The notes under the pieces: model-generated
What the model saw: the letters and a program-made list of their open reading frames with translations, nothing else
Database searches by the model: none
What the model was told of the DNA's origin: nothing
Position numbers and translations under genes: made by a program
Part shown: positions 7,576 through 17,153 of the stretch, one piece after another
Layout of the letters: every line of letters starts with the position of its first letter
Position numbering within the stretch: position 1 is the first letter of the stretch
NCBI GenBank assembly: GCA_964354995.1
Contig: CAYHBQ010000003.1
Span: forward strand, 1-37,698
DNA from: Candidatus Woesearchaeota archaeon
Lineage (GTDB): Archaea; Nanobdellota; Nanobdellia; Pacearchaeales; GW2011-AR1
Direction of reading: 5' to 3'
DNA: 37,698 bases

Positions 7576-7875
7576 ATGAAAAAAGAAGTGAGCTCCTCTA
7601 GTGATGGCGCGTATGGTGTTGTTTCGTTTGTTTTGGGCATTGTCAGCATTGTCCTCTCGTTCTTAATTCCATTGCTTGGATTTATTATGGGAATTGTAGG
7701 CATCGTATTTGCCGTTATACAACAAAAGCGCGGGAAGACGCGTCTATCGCATGCGGGAATGATTTTGAATATTATAGGCATTGTACTTGCGGTCGTATTC
7801 TTCGTGGCAACTTATCTATTTTTCAAGAATAATCCTGATTTGCTCGCACAACTTCAGGCAGGGAGCATACAATGA
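7576..7875 (+). CDS. small membrane protein (DUF4190-like)
   Basis: SFVLGIVSI..GIVFA...AGMILNIIG pattern. Confidence 0.7.
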   Translation: MKKEVSSSSDGAYGVVSFVLGIVSIVLSFLIPLLGFIMGIVGIVFAVIQQKRGKTRLSHAGMILNIIGIVLAVVFFVATYLFFKNNPDLLAQLQAGSIQ

Positions 7876-8453
7876 GAGTAATGCAACGAAAGGGTGCGGT
7901 TGAACTTTCAGTGGGTACGATTGTTATTCTCGTTATTGGAATGACTATGCTCGTATTGGGCATTTTGCTTGTGCGAACCATTTTTAGTACAGCAACGGAA
8001 AGTGTAGAGCTTATTGATGAGGGTGTTAAGAATGAAATTAATGAATTGTTTAGTTCAGATAGTAGCAAGAAGGTAGTTGTCAACCTCCCTGACAACGAAG
8101 TCGATGTCAAAAAAGGAGAGGGGTTCGGTATTTCGTTTGGCATTAGAAATCTTGTTGAAGATACTGAGTCGACTGATTTTAAGTACGTTATAAGTGTTCC
8201 CGGTCAGGGGAATATTGAACGGGGATGCAACCTTGATCCTGAACGAGCTAATCAGTATCTTAAGCTGAATTATGAACTCGATAGAATTAATATTGAGGCT
8301 GGAAAAACCAAGGCCTTCTTTGTGCGTGTTGAACCGAGCAATAGTGCCCCGCTGTGTTCGATTTCATATCAGATTAAAGTAGAGTATTACGACGGGACGA
8401 CCTTAAAGTCTTACGATACTGAACAGTTCACAATTAATATTGTAGCAGATTAA
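7872..8453 (+). CDS. pilin-like protein with class III signal peptide
   Basis: RKG|AVELSVGTIVILVIG hydrophobic N-terminus followed by a beta-rich domain. Confidence 0.75.
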   Translation: MRVMQRKGAVELSVGTIVILVIGMTMLVLGILLVRTIFSTATESVELIDEGVKNEINELFSSDSSKKVVVNLPDNEVDVKKGEGFGISFGIRNLVEDTESTDFKYVISVPGQGNIERGCNLDPERANQYLKLNYELDRINIEAGKTKAFFVRVEPSNSAPLCSISYQIKVEYYDGTTLKSYDTEQFTINIVAD

Positions 8454-8488
8454 GACAGATTTAAAAACTGCTTCTGGTTCGATTTGGC

Positions 8489-9058
8489 ATGATTGACCAT
8501 ACGAAATATCGCTGGTTTGTAACTTCTGGAAAAACAATGGTTGTTGGCGGAAAAAATGCAGCACAAAATGATGTGCTTCTAAAGGAAATCCTTGCTTCGG
8601 GAAAGATATATTATGTTATGCACACCTCCGCCCCAGGGAGCCCGTTTGCAGTCCTGCTTAGGGAACCTTCTAAGGTTACTTCTGACGAACTCGAAGAAGG
8701 TGCGATTTTCACCGCGTGTTTTAGTCAGGCGTGGAAAGCTCGAAAGCGGCGTGCACTTGTAGATGTCTTTCAATCAGACCAATTATCCAAAGAGCCGAAC
8801 ATGAAGGCAGGTACCTGGCGGGTGCGTGGAAAAACGAAGCGTGTTAGCGTACCTTTAGAGCTTGCGCTCATTAAGCAACGAGGTACGCTTAGAGCAACCC
8901 CTATGAAGACAACGACGCGTCCACTCATGTGCATTGTACCCGGTACTATTGATAAAGTGGATATTGCCGCTCAGTTTGGTGTTGAATTGGGAGATAGTTT
9001 TGCACACGATGAAATTGTTGCGGCATTACCGGCGGGGGGCGTGAAAAAACGAACATGA
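8489..9058 (+). CDS. NFACT-R (DUF814) RNA-binding domain protein
   Basis: YRWFVTS..VVGGKNAAQND, MHT..PGSPF, ACFSQAWK. Confidence 0.85.
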   Translation: MIDHTKYRWFVTSGKTMVVGGKNAAQNDVLLKEILASGKIYYVMHTSAPGSPFAVLLREPSKVTSDELEEGAIFTACFSQAWKARKRRALVDVFQSDQLSKEPNMKAGTWRVRGKTKRVSVPLELALIKQRGTLRATPMKTTTRPLMCIVPGTIDKVDIAAQFGVELGDSFAHDEIVAALPAGGVKKRT

Positions 9059-9288
9059 AGTTTCAAATAGGAAAGAACGGCGTCGGTGAAGGAACTATCG
9101 CCAGTTTACAGGCTGCGTTTAAAACACATAAAAGCGTGCGTATCTCGGTGCTTCAGAATTATGCCCCCACGAAAGATAAAGTTCGAACGCTCGCCGATGA
9201 GCTCGTAGCGAAACTGGGAGGAAATTATCGCTATACGACGGTTGGATTTACCATCATCCTTCGCAAGAGTGCGAATGCCATAAAGTAA
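9055..9288 (+). CDS. YhbY/CRM-domain RNA-binding protein
   Basis: QIGKNG..., H..VRI, VGFTIIL; next to rps19e as in other archaea. Confidence 0.85.
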   Translation: MKFQIGKNGVGEGTIASLQAAFKTHKSVRISVLQNYAPTKDKVRTLADELVAKLGGNYRYTTVGFTIILRKSANAIK

Positions 9289-9319
9289 GATTTATAAGGC
9301 GTCTTTTTTATACCTCGCT

Positions 9320-9727
9320 ATGACTGATATTCGTTCTGTAGATGCAGGAAAGTACAATAACGCGCTAGCGGTCGCGCTTAAAGAAATAGACGAGTTCAAG
9401 TCCCCTGAGTGGATTGCATTCGTCAAGTCGGGAGCGGGAAAGATGCGTCCGATTGAAGAGCCTGACTTTTGGTACAAGCGTGCTGCAAGTATTCTTCGAC
9501 AAATGCATTTACGAGGCATTGTGGGTGTTGGTCGTCTCAGAACGCGGTACGGTCATCGTAAGAATAGAGGAATGAAGCCTGCTCGACACTATAAGGGAAG
9601 CGGAAAAATAGTGCGCCTTTTGTTACAGCAAGCAGAATCTGCAGGCCTTGTTGAAAAAATTAAGGGAAAACATTCGGGACGTCAACTCACCTTAAAGGGA
9701 AAGCAACTCGTGGAGAGCATACAGTAA
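9320..9727 (+). CDS. rps19e: 30S ribosomal protein eS19
   Basis: PEWIAFVKSG, WYKRAASILR, GVGRLRTRYG, GSGKIVRLLLQQ. Confidence 0.97.
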   Translation: MTDIRSVDAGKYNNALAVALKEIDEFKSPEWIAFVKSGAGKMRPIEEPDFWYKRAASILRQMHLRGIVGVGRLRTRYGHRKNRGMKPARHYKGSGKIVRLLLQQAESAGLVEKIKGKHSGRQLTLKGKQLVESIQ

Positions 9728-9729
9728 TC

Positions 9730-9930
9730 ATGACACAGAGTTATCACAAGAAAGTTATGCTGGGCGTTAAAGTGCGCCAGACGAAATGGGCTCCTTTTTG
9801 GGCAGTTATTCGTGCGTATGGTAAGGGAAAGCGAAAGCACCCTTCAGAATTGACCTCTACGAGAAGACATTGGAGACGTTCAAAACTAAAGTTAAAACCG
9901 AGGCGAACTCATAAGTCTCATTTAGGATAA
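9730..9930 (+). CDS. rpl39e: 50S ribosomal protein eL39
   Basis: APFWAV, HP, RRHWRRSKLK; lies between rps19e and rpl31e. Confidence 0.9.
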   Translation: MTQSYHKKVMLGVKVRQTKWAPFWAVIRAYGKGKRKHPSELTSTRRHWRRSKLKLKPRRTHKSHLG

Positions 9931-9934
9931 AACA

Positions 9935-10456
9935 ATGGCTGAAACAACTACCCTTGAACGCATTTATACGGTTCCGCTCAGGCGTGCCTGTATGAAAGTT
10001 CCCCATTACAAACGTGCACGTAAAGGCGTCGTGACTCTCAAGGAATTTATTGCCCACCATATGAAAGTTCCTCATCGAGATGTTGAGAAAGTTAAGCTCG
10101 ATATGTATCTCAATAATGATATGTGGTCTCGCGGACCCGATCATGCTCCTGCACGCGTTACGGTAAGGGCTGTGAAGAAAGGAGACATTGTACATGTTGG
10201 ATTTGTAGAGATACCAAAGCATGTTACGTTTGCACAAGCCAAGCATGGAAAGTTCCACAAGAAGGCTGAAAAGGAAGCTCCGAAGGCTGAGGAAAAGAAA
10301 GAAGAAAAGACGGAAGAAGAAAAGAAGGACGAAGCTGAGAAAGGAAAGGCGACTGCTATTGCTAACGAAAACCTTGCTGAGCAGCAACAGAGGGCTGAAA
10401 AGCATACGACTAAAGCGAAGACGCCGCAAATCAAGCGCATGGCGTTGAAGAAATAG
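9935..10456 (+). CDS. rpl31e: 50S ribosomal protein eL31 with charged C-terminal extension
   Basis: ERIYTVPLR, KRA, FIAHHMK, LN..WSRG..P. Confidence 0.95.
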   Translation: MAETTTLERIYTVPLRRACMKVPHYKRARKGVVTLKEFIAHHMKVPHRDVEKVKLDMYLNNDMWSRGPDHAPARVTVRAVKKGDIVHVGFVEIPKHVTFAQAKHGKFHKKAEKEAPKAEEKKEEKTEEEKKDEAEKGKATAIANENLAEQQQRAEKHTTKAKTPQIKRMALKK

Positions 10457-10484
10457 TTTTATAGTGCACTTCTTTTATTTCTGA

Positions 10485-11171
10485 ATGGATATATCAAAAA
10501 CCCTGAGGCAATATTCAAGTACCGAACGAGCCGATGTTTCGAAAAGATTTTTTAAGACGGGGCCGGGACAGTATGGCGAAGGAGATGTATTTATTGGGGT
10601 AACCGTTCCGAACTGCCGTGCGGTCGCAAAGCAGTTTAGAGACGCGCCTTTTTCAGATATCGAATCTCTTATCACATCAAAGATTCATGAAGACAGGCTA
10701 ACTGCGTTGCTCATACTTGTCGAAAAATACAAGAGAGGAAATAAAAAAGAAATCGTCTCATTTTATATCAATAACTTGCAACATGTAAACAATTGGGACC
10801 TTGTAGACTTAAGTGCGGACAAGCTATTGGGAGAGTATCTATTTGATAAAGAAAAAACGTATCTTTACAGACTAGCCCAATCGAGAAGTCTTTGGGAACG
10901 GCGCATAGCCGTCGTATCTACGTTTAATTTTATAAAGAAAAGACAGTTTGAGCCCACGTTCAAGATTGTTGAGATCATTATGCAAGACGAACATGACTTG
11001 ATTCATAAGGCCTGTGGATGGATGTTGCGCGAAATTGGAAAACGCAATGAAAAATATCTTGAAACGTTTTTAGCGATGCATTATAAGAAAATGCCGCGGA
11101 CTATGTTGAGATATGCAATCGAAAGATTTAGTTCTGAAAGAAGAAAAAGATATCTTGAGGGGTCTATATGA
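10485..11171 (+). CDS. alkD: AlkD-like DNA alkylation repair protein
   Basis: FFKTGPGQYGEGDVFIGV, NNWDLVD, LWERRIA, HKACGWMLRE. Confidence 0.92.
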   Translation: MDISKTLRQYSSTERADVSKRFFKTGPGQYGEGDVFIGVTVPNCRAVAKQFRDAPFSDIESLITSKIHEDRLTALLILVEKYKRGNKKEIVSFYINNLQHVNNWDLVDLSADKLLGEYLFDKEKTYLYRLAQSRSLWERRIAVVSTFNFIKKRQFEPTFKIVEIIMQDEHDLIHKACGWMLREIGKRNEKYLETFLAMHYKKMPRTMLRYAIERFSSERRKRYLEGSI

Positions 11172-12001
11172 AACCAATAAAAGAGCTCTTGGAATTTTCT
11201 ATTATTAACATCGATAAACCGTCGGGACCGACGAGCTATCAAGTTTCTGATTATATACGAGAAAAACTTGAATTACGTAAAACCAGTCATATGGGCACGT
11301 TAGACCCTGCGGTTTCGGGTGTGCTTCCGATAACTCTTAATCGTGCGTGTAAACTTTCCCCTTATTTGATGAAAAAAGAAAAAAGTTATGTTGGTATTAT
11401 GCGACTGCACGAGAATATTGATGACGATATCTTGAAAAAAGAGATGAAAAAATTTGTTGGAACCATTACCCAAATGCCTCCGTTGCGTTCTAGTGTAAAA
11501 CGTGCAGAACGACAACGAAGCGTGGCGGCGTTTACTTTTTTAGAACGTAGTGAAAAAGATGTGCTCTTCGAAACTGACGTAGAAGCAGGGACGTATATTC
11601 GGACGCTCGTCAACGACTTAGGAAAAACTATTGGAGGGGCACATATGCTCGAACTGCGGCGAACAAAAGCAGGACTCTTTGACGAATCAGAATCGATACG
11701 TTTGTACGACTTTGATAGAGCACTTGATGCATATACACGAGGCGATGAATCTCTCTTACGAGCGATGCTAATCCCTGCTGAAAAGGTGATAGAAAGTGTG
11801 ATGCCTTGCGTTTTAGTTAAAAAGAGCTCGTTATCTACGCTCCTTACAGGCAAGCCATTTTACCAAAAGGATTTTCTCAAACCTCTTTCGTTGGTAAAAG
11901 GAGCGTTTTTTGCTGTGTTTTGCAATGAACAGTTTATCGAAATTGCGCGCGTTGTTAATGAAGGAGATATTATTGCACGACCTGAATTTGTACTTAATTA
12001 G
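11168..12001 (+). CDS. cbf5: Cbf5/TruB pseudouridine synthase
   Basis: IDKPSGPTS, HMGTLDP, QMPPLRSSVKR, AGTYIR, ELRRT. Confidence 0.95.
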   Translation: MKPIKELLEFSIINIDKPSGPTSYQVSDYIREKLELRKTSHMGTLDPAVSGVLPITLNRACKLSPYLMKKEKSYVGIMRLHENIDDDILKKEMKKFVGTITQMPPLRSSVKRAERQRSVAAFTFLERSEKDVLFETDVEAGTYIRTLVNDLGKTIGGAHMLELRRTKAGLFDESESIRLYDFDRALDAYTRGDESLLRAMLIPAEKVIESVMPCVLVKKSSLSTLLTGKPFYQKDFLKPLSLVKGAFFAVFCNEQFIEIARVVNEGDIIARPEFVLN

Positions 12002-12034
12002 AGTAGGAACGTTTAAATAAAAATAGAACACTCC

Positions 12035-12532
12035 TTGGGGGGTGATTATGTGAGCACAGTTACATTTTATATTATTCCCGAGAACATTTACCCTCTCAGG
12101 GAAAGGGAGCTGATAAAACAGGCATCTTTGGTCCGTAAGCATGTCCTTTATATAAGCCTGTTTAAACGCCTTGCGGAAATAGAGGAGAGTTTAGACAAGG
12201 AAATACATAATGTCACGATTGTTGCAAGAAAAAGTCCCTCGACCTACAAACAATTCGTTCTCTTGGAAGAGTATTGCTCGCTTGCTCGACTTTCAGAGAT
12301 TATAGACCACCTATTGAAGAAGAAATCGTTTGATTTGGTCTTTTTCGATTCTTTTTGCGATTTAGCAATTTTGAATGAACCTCCTGTTTGCAAGAAATTT
12401 CTTTATTATCTTAAGAGTCACTTCGCGTTGCGAGGGATTGATCTTGTAGCTGTTTCTAAAGACAATGAGTGTTCTTCTCGAGTGATGCCTTTGGTTAGAG
12501 AGCAGGTAGATGCAGTTTTATTTGAGAAATAG
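12035..12532 (+). CDS. hypothetical protein, degenerate KaiC/RecA-like fold
   Basis: VLYISL and LVFFDS (Walker-B-like), C-terminal VDAV; no Walker A. Confidence 0.5.
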   Translation: MGGDYVSTVTFYIIPENIYPLRERELIKQASLVRKHVLYISLFKRLAEIEESLDKEIHNVTIVARKSPSTYKQFVLLEEYCSLARLSEIIDHLLKKKSFDLVFFDSFCDLAILNEPPVCKKFLYYLKSHFALRGIDLVAVSKDNECSSRVMPLVREQVDAVLFEK

Positions 12533-12581
12533 ACGACCAACATTTATAAAGAAAAAACACCCTCTTGAAGAGATACTATAA

Positions 12582-13124
12582 ATGGATTTTTCAAAGCTGG
12601 TGAAGATGCGTAAAACGACGTTCGAGTTCAGCGAAAAGGATGTAAGTGATGCGCATATTGTGAAGATGATTGAAGCAGCGCGTTGGGCTCCGAGTTGTAC
12701 AAATTCGCAGCCATGGCATTTCATTGTGATCAAAAATAAAAAAACTATTGATGCGTTGATGGACCATGTTAATTACGGATTCTTTCACGGCGATCCTCGG
12801 GTAATTGTTGCGGCAATACTCCTCCAGAAACGATGCGCTGGGTCGGGGCACGCATGTTTTCGGGGAAAAGATTCAGCTATGCACGACACCTTTGCGAGTG
12901 TGGGCATTGCGGTTGAACACATGGCTCTGCAGGCAACCGAATTAGGAATCGGGTCATGTATTCTCACTCCCGAACAGAGTATCAAAAAAATGCTTGGTGT
13001 GAAAAAAGAAGATGTGGTTCCTTTGGTGATTGGATTAGGTTATGAAAAAAAAGGGGCATTTAAACGAAAACGGGAAAGACTTGATTTAAAAGACCTTGTT
13101 TCATATGAGCGATTCAAAAGATAA
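12582..13124 (+). CDS. nitroreductase family protein
   Basis: RKT..F, AARWAPSCTNSQPWHF, LQATELGIGSC, IGLGY. Confidence 0.93.
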   Translation: MDFSKLVKMRKTTFEFSEKDVSDAHIVKMIEAARWAPSCTNSQPWHFIVIKNKKTIDALMDHVNYGFFHGDPRVIVAAILLQKRCAGSGHACFRGKDSAMHDTFASVGIAVEHMALQATELGIGSCILTPEQSIKKMLGVKKEDVVPLVIGLGYEKKGAFKRKRERLDLKDLVSYERFKR

Positions 13125-13186
13125 TTTTTTAGGCTTTCTGTGAAGAAACGCCCGAAGGCTTAAAAGGGCATATTCTATTGAGATTT

Positions 13187-13801
13187 ATGAGAGAATTTGT
13201 GTACTACTCCCGAACTGCACCTACTGCGGGAAATATGATTGGGGCCGACTTGCAAGAGTCGGGTCGCATCGATATTGCGGTACATACGGTGATTGCTACG
13301 TTCTTTCTCAGCCATAAAATTCGAACGGATGCGAAACTCCATTTGAGCTTTGGGGGTCCACCCGACCCTGTCAAACATCTTGAGCTACAACCGGTTACTG
13401 AAGGAAAGACGGGTATTGATAAGATTTACCTTGCGAAGAAAGACGTTTCAGGCGTGTTAAAAAAGATGCTTTACAAGTATCGCGAAGGGGAAAAGCGAGA
13501 AGTGTTTCCCGGATTTTGGATTGAAAAAAAGGCCCTTCTTCCGACTATTGAAGAATTGTATGATGCGGGACGCAACTTGTACGTGCTTGACCCCGACGGA
13601 GAAGATATACGTACTGCGGACATACAAAAAGACCCTGTGTTTATCTTGGGAGATCATCGCGGACTTCCCGACAAAGAACTGAAGAGGCTCAAGCAGTGGT
13701 GCACGCCTATTACCATCGGTCCGAATGTTTATTTTGCTTCCCAAACAATTGCCGTTGTGAACAATGAACTTGATCGGCGCGAACATGAAGGGAAGCTGTA
13801 A
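13187..13801 (+). CDS. trmY: tRNA (pseudouridine54-N1)-methyltransferase
   Basis: GRID, FFLSHKIR, FILGDHRGL SPOUT motif, VNNELDR. Confidence 0.9.
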   Translation: MREFVYYSRTAPTAGNMIGADLQESGRIDIAVHTVIATFFLSHKIRTDAKLHLSFGGPPDPVKHLELQPVTEGKTGIDKIYLAKKDVSGVLKKMLYKYREGEKREVFPGFWIEKKALLPTIEELYDAGRNLYVLDPDGEDIRTADIQKDPVFILGDHRGLPDKELKRLKQWCTPITIGPNVYFASQTIAVVNNELDRREHEGKL

Positions 13802-13860
13802 ACATGCTGTTATACTCCAAGTATAATAATCCTTAAAAACCGAGCACTATGTTGGGAAGT

Positions 13861-14643
13861 ATGACCAAAGGGGTTTCTATAAAATTAACGTCGTATGAGG
13901 AAACTATTCCCAAACTGTTTAAGTTAATAAAATTCGACCAAGAGCTTAAGCGACATGAGGCGATTGTGCTCAAACCATGCGTGCACGAAGATGCGGCACA
14001 TGGCACCCCCCTTAGCTTTGTGGAAGAGGTGGTTAAGTTTTGTGCTGCACATAAGAATCCGGGGGCCGAAGTATATATTGCAGAGGGAGCTGATGGGGCA
14101 GATACTTCGCTTTTATTCGAAGAACAGGGTTATCGTGCGCTTGCAGAGAAGTATAACGTTAGCTTGATTGACCTCAATAACACCGAGTCTGAGTCGATCG
14201 GGAAGAATGAATTTGTAGGGTTTGAACAGATTATGTATCCCTCGATCCTAAAGCACGCCTTTGTTGTCAGCTTGCCTGTCGTCAAGCCGCGAGAAGACGT
14301 GCAATTGCAGGGTGCGTTAACCAGTATGCTCGGGGCGTTTCCGGCTCGACATTATAAAGGGTTCTTTTCACAGCGTAAAAATAAGTTGGACGCGTATCCA
14401 CTCAAATACCAAGTTCATGACATTAATCTCTGCAAGATGCCCAACTTTGCTTTGCTTGAACTACGTGATAAGGGTGTATTGCTTGCAGGTCATCCTCTTG
14501 AAATGGACAAACAGGCCGCTAAACTGCTGGGCATGGACTGGCGCAGCATAGGATATTTGCGTATGCTTGATGAAACGCTAGAGTCTATTGCAGAAAAGCA
14601 AGAACTTGCGGAGCAACATGAAGCCAAGGCAGGGCATCGGTAA
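13861..14643 (+). CDS. DUF362 family protein
   Basis: IVLKP, IAEG, LIDLN, SLPVVK, MD..AAKLLG. Confidence 0.75.
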   Translation: MTKGVSIKLTSYEETIPKLFKLIKFDQELKRHEAIVLKPCVHEDAAHGTPLSFVEEVVKFCAAHKNPGAEVYIAEGADGADTSLLFEEQGYRALAEKYNVSLIDLNNTESESIGKNEFVGFEQIMYPSILKHAFVVSLPVVKPREDVQLQGALTSMLGAFPARHYKGFFSQRKNKLDAYPLKYQVHDINLCKMPNFALLELRDKGVLLAGHPLEMDKQAAKLLGMDWRSIGYLRMLDETLESIAEKQELAEQHEAKAGHR

Positions 14644-14673
14644 TTATATTAAATCGAGTTCCTTGAATAGACT

Positions 14674-14949
14674 ATGAAAAAAAGCGTGCGTTTGTTTCTT
14701 ACGGGAAATGTGCAACCCATGTTCTTTGCACCCTATCTTAAGGATGAAGCGACGTTGCTCAATGTTCGGGGATTTGTGCGCACCTTAGAAGATAAACGCA
14801 TTGAGGTTTTTCTTGAAGGAGATGCAAAGGCTGTTGATGAGATGATTCCCAAGTGTAAAACAGGACCGTATAACACGACGATAAAAAATGTGGATATGCA
14901 AGAAGCTCGATTTCAAGACTTCAAGGATTTTAGAATTATGAAGATATGA
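14674..14949 (+). CDS. acyP: acylphosphatase
   Basis: GNVQ..F, GFVR.LED.RIE..EG, GP, F.DFRI; catalytic motif looks divergent. Confidence 0.8.
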   Translation: MKKSVRLFLTGNVQPMFFAPYLKDEATLLNVRGFVRTLEDKRIEVFLEGDAKAVDEMIPKCKTGPYNTTIKNVDMQEARFQDFKDFRIMKI

Positions 14950-14999
14950 AATCCTTGTATCTTCGGTTCTTACGAACCTTCAGACTTCAAGGATTTTAG
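14916..14999 (+). repeat. direct repeat of the acyP 3' end
   Basis: agacttcaaggattttag at 14916-14933 and 14982-14999. Confidence 0.85.
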
Positions 15000-15047
15000 G
15001 ATTCTAATGATGTGAATTCTTAGACTTTCTTTTCTTGATGAAGTAAG

Positions 15048-15224
15048 TTATAGTGGGATTATTGAGGATACAATCAAATCTCCAATAATTAAACCGATTG
15101 TGAACTCTGGTTCTTCTCTAATAATGTTCGTGCCGTTGGTAATGAAAGAGTTAATTATACCTATCAAAAGAATAGCCCAAAAATACCATCTGCTAAAGAC
15201 CCATTCAGAATAGTTCTTCTGCAT
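15048..15224 (-). CDS. small membrane protein (58 aa), possibly frameshifted
   Basis: Manual translation MQKNYSEWVFSRWYFWAILLIGIINSF...IVSSIIPL; another frame continues TITYFIKKRKSK. Confidence 0.5.
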   Translation of the reverse strand: MQKNYSEWVFSRWYFWAILLIGIINSFITNGTNIIREEPEFTIGLIIGDLIVSSIIPL

Positions 15225-15301
15225 CAAGTAAACTGTTCAATTAACCATATAAGCTTTTCTGGGTCCTGAAGATTTAAATAGAGTAAGCCATCTTTAATGA
15301 C

Positions 15302-15616
15302 GTGAAACGAAAAAAGGTGAAAGTCGCAGTTCCTCGCCCTGCAAGAGTTATATTACAGTACCGTGTTGTGGCTCTTTTAATTTTGGGCGTTGGTGTTTTA
15401 GGGCTTTTGTATGCACCTTTGGATAAAAATAACGTGTATCTCTCTCCGGGGTGTGATAACGGAGAGTTGTGTTGCCTATGCGGTTCGAATTACGTATGTT
15501 TTGCATCCGAGTCGGGAGAGTGTCCCCTTATAGACCCTGCAACAGGCGCACGTTGCGCACTAGCTCGCGAAGACGCAAAGAACCTTTGTACGGCCTCGCC
15601 TAGCCTCAGGCCATAA
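15302..15616 (+). CDS. membrane-anchored small Cys-rich protein
   Basis: Basic N-terminus, one TM helix, Cys-rich C-terminal part. Confidence 0.6.
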   Translation: MKRKKVKVAVPRPARVILQYRVVALLILGVGVLGLLYAPLDKNNVYLSPGCDNGELCCLCGSNYVCFASESGECPLIDPATGARCALAREDAKNLCTASPSLRP

Positions 15617-15647
15617 CTTCTATAAACCTCACATTTCTCATTAGGCT

Positions 15648-17153
15648 ATGGGACGACAAGATGAAATTGTTGCTGAGCGAATAAAGAAATTGCACGCGTT
15701 ACGAAAACTGAAAATTAATCCCTACCCTAACACTTTTGATGTACAAGATTCTTCGAAAGCATTACACGAGAAACATGCAAAACTTAAAAACGAAGCCTAT
15801 GCGAAGGGCACAGTAAAAATCGCAGGACGATTAACGAGTGTGCGAGACCTTGGAAAGATTGCCTTTGGCACATTATATGACGGTGTCGGAACGATTCAAG
15901 TCGTTCTGCAAGAAAAAGAGACTCCCGAAAAGGTTCGAGAATTCTTCAAAGAATTTATCGATATGGGTGATTTTGTGGGCGTTATAGGAAGCGTGTTTCG
16001 AACGAAGCGCGGCGAACTTTCGGTGATGGTTGAAAAACTCGAATTGCTTACGAAATCGATATTGCCTCTGCCCGATAAGTTTCATGGAATTGTTGATGAC
16101 GAAGAACGATTACGTAAGAGATACTTGGAGATTATCACAAACCCTGAAACACGAGAGACGTTTGTGCGCAAATCTAAATTCTGGGAGACTATGCGCTCTT
16201 TTCTGAAGGAGCGTGGATTTCTCGAGGTAGAAACACCGGTGCTTGAAAATAGCGCGGGCGGAGCGAGTGCAACACCGTTTGCAACCCATCATAATGCGCT
16301 TAACTTAGATGTATATCTGCGCATCTCGATGGGTGAACTCTGGCAAAAAAAATGTATGGTTGCAGGTTATCCAAGAACATTTGAGATTGGACGACAATTT
16401 AGAAACGAAGGTATGGATGCAGAGCATTTGCAAGATTATACGCAGATGGAATTCTACTGGGGATATGCCAACTACGAAATGGGTATGAAACTTGTTGAAG
16501 AACTATACAAAACACTTGCGAAAGAAGTATACGGAAAGACGAAGTTTTCCTATGGGGAACATGAGTTTGATATAGGAAAGAAATGGAGCGTTATTGATTA
16601 TGCGGACACTATTAAGAAAGAACTCAAGATAGATATTTTCAACGCGACAAAGCAAGAAATGGAAAAAAAGCTGCGAGAATTGAAACAAGAATTTGCACCT
16701 ACTCTTGAAAGAGGCAGGCTCATGGACTTATTGTGGAAAGTCTGTCGTAAGAAAATTGCCGGACCCGTATTCCTGACTGGGCAGCCTGTTGAAGTTTCTC
16801 CTTTGGCTAAACGCAATCCGAGCGATTCTCGTAAGGTTGAGCAATTTCAGATTATTCTTGCAGGCACCGAAATGGGTAACGGATACAGTGAATTAAACGA
16901 CCCGTTTGACCAAGAAGAGCGTTTTCAAGAACAGCGGAAGATGAAAGAGGCGGGCGATAGTGAAGCACAGGAACATGATGAAAGTTTCGTTGAAGCCTTA
17001 AAATATGGAATGCCTCCCACATGTGGATTTGGAGTTTCAGAACGGCTGTTTTCACTCTTTGAGAATAAGCCTATACGTGAGTGTGTGATTTTTCCCCTGA
17101 TGCGTCCCCTAGAAGAAATTAAAGAAAAACACGAGGTAAAGAAGAATGGTTGA
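15648..17153 (+). CDS. lysS: lysyl-tRNA synthetase, class II
   Basis: N-terminal OB-fold region, LPDKFHG, FLEVETP, FRNEG motif 2, YSELNDP, YGMPP..G.G..ERL motif 3. Confidence 0.97.
   Translation: MGRQDEIVAERIKKLHALRKLKINPYPNTFDVQDSSKALHEKHAKLKNEAYAKGTVKIAGRLTSVRDLGKIAFGTLYDGVGTIQVVLQEKETPEKVREFFKEFIDMGDFVGVIGSVFRTKRGELSVMVEKLELLTKSILPLPDKFHGIVDDEERLRKRYLEIITNPETRETFVRKSKFWETMRSFLKERGFLEVETPVLENSAGGASATPFATHHNALNLDVYLRISMGELWQKKCMVAGYPRTFEIGRQFRNEGMDAEHLQDYTQMEFYWGYANYEMGMKLVEELYKTLAKEVYGKTKFSYGEHEFDIGKKWSVIDYADTIKKELKIDIFNATKQEMEKKLRELKQEFAPTLERGRLMDLLWKVCRKKIAGPVFLTGQPVEVSPLAKRNPSDSRKVEQFQIILAGTEMGNGYSELNDPFDQEERFQEQRKMKEAGDSEAQEHDESFVEALKYGMPPTCGFGVSERLFSLFENKPIRECVIFPLMRPLEEIKEKHEVKKNG

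Noticed and set aside
9857-10448. Alternative-frame and antisense ORFs over rpl31e
   Set aside because: Shadows of the low-complexity Glu/Lys tail
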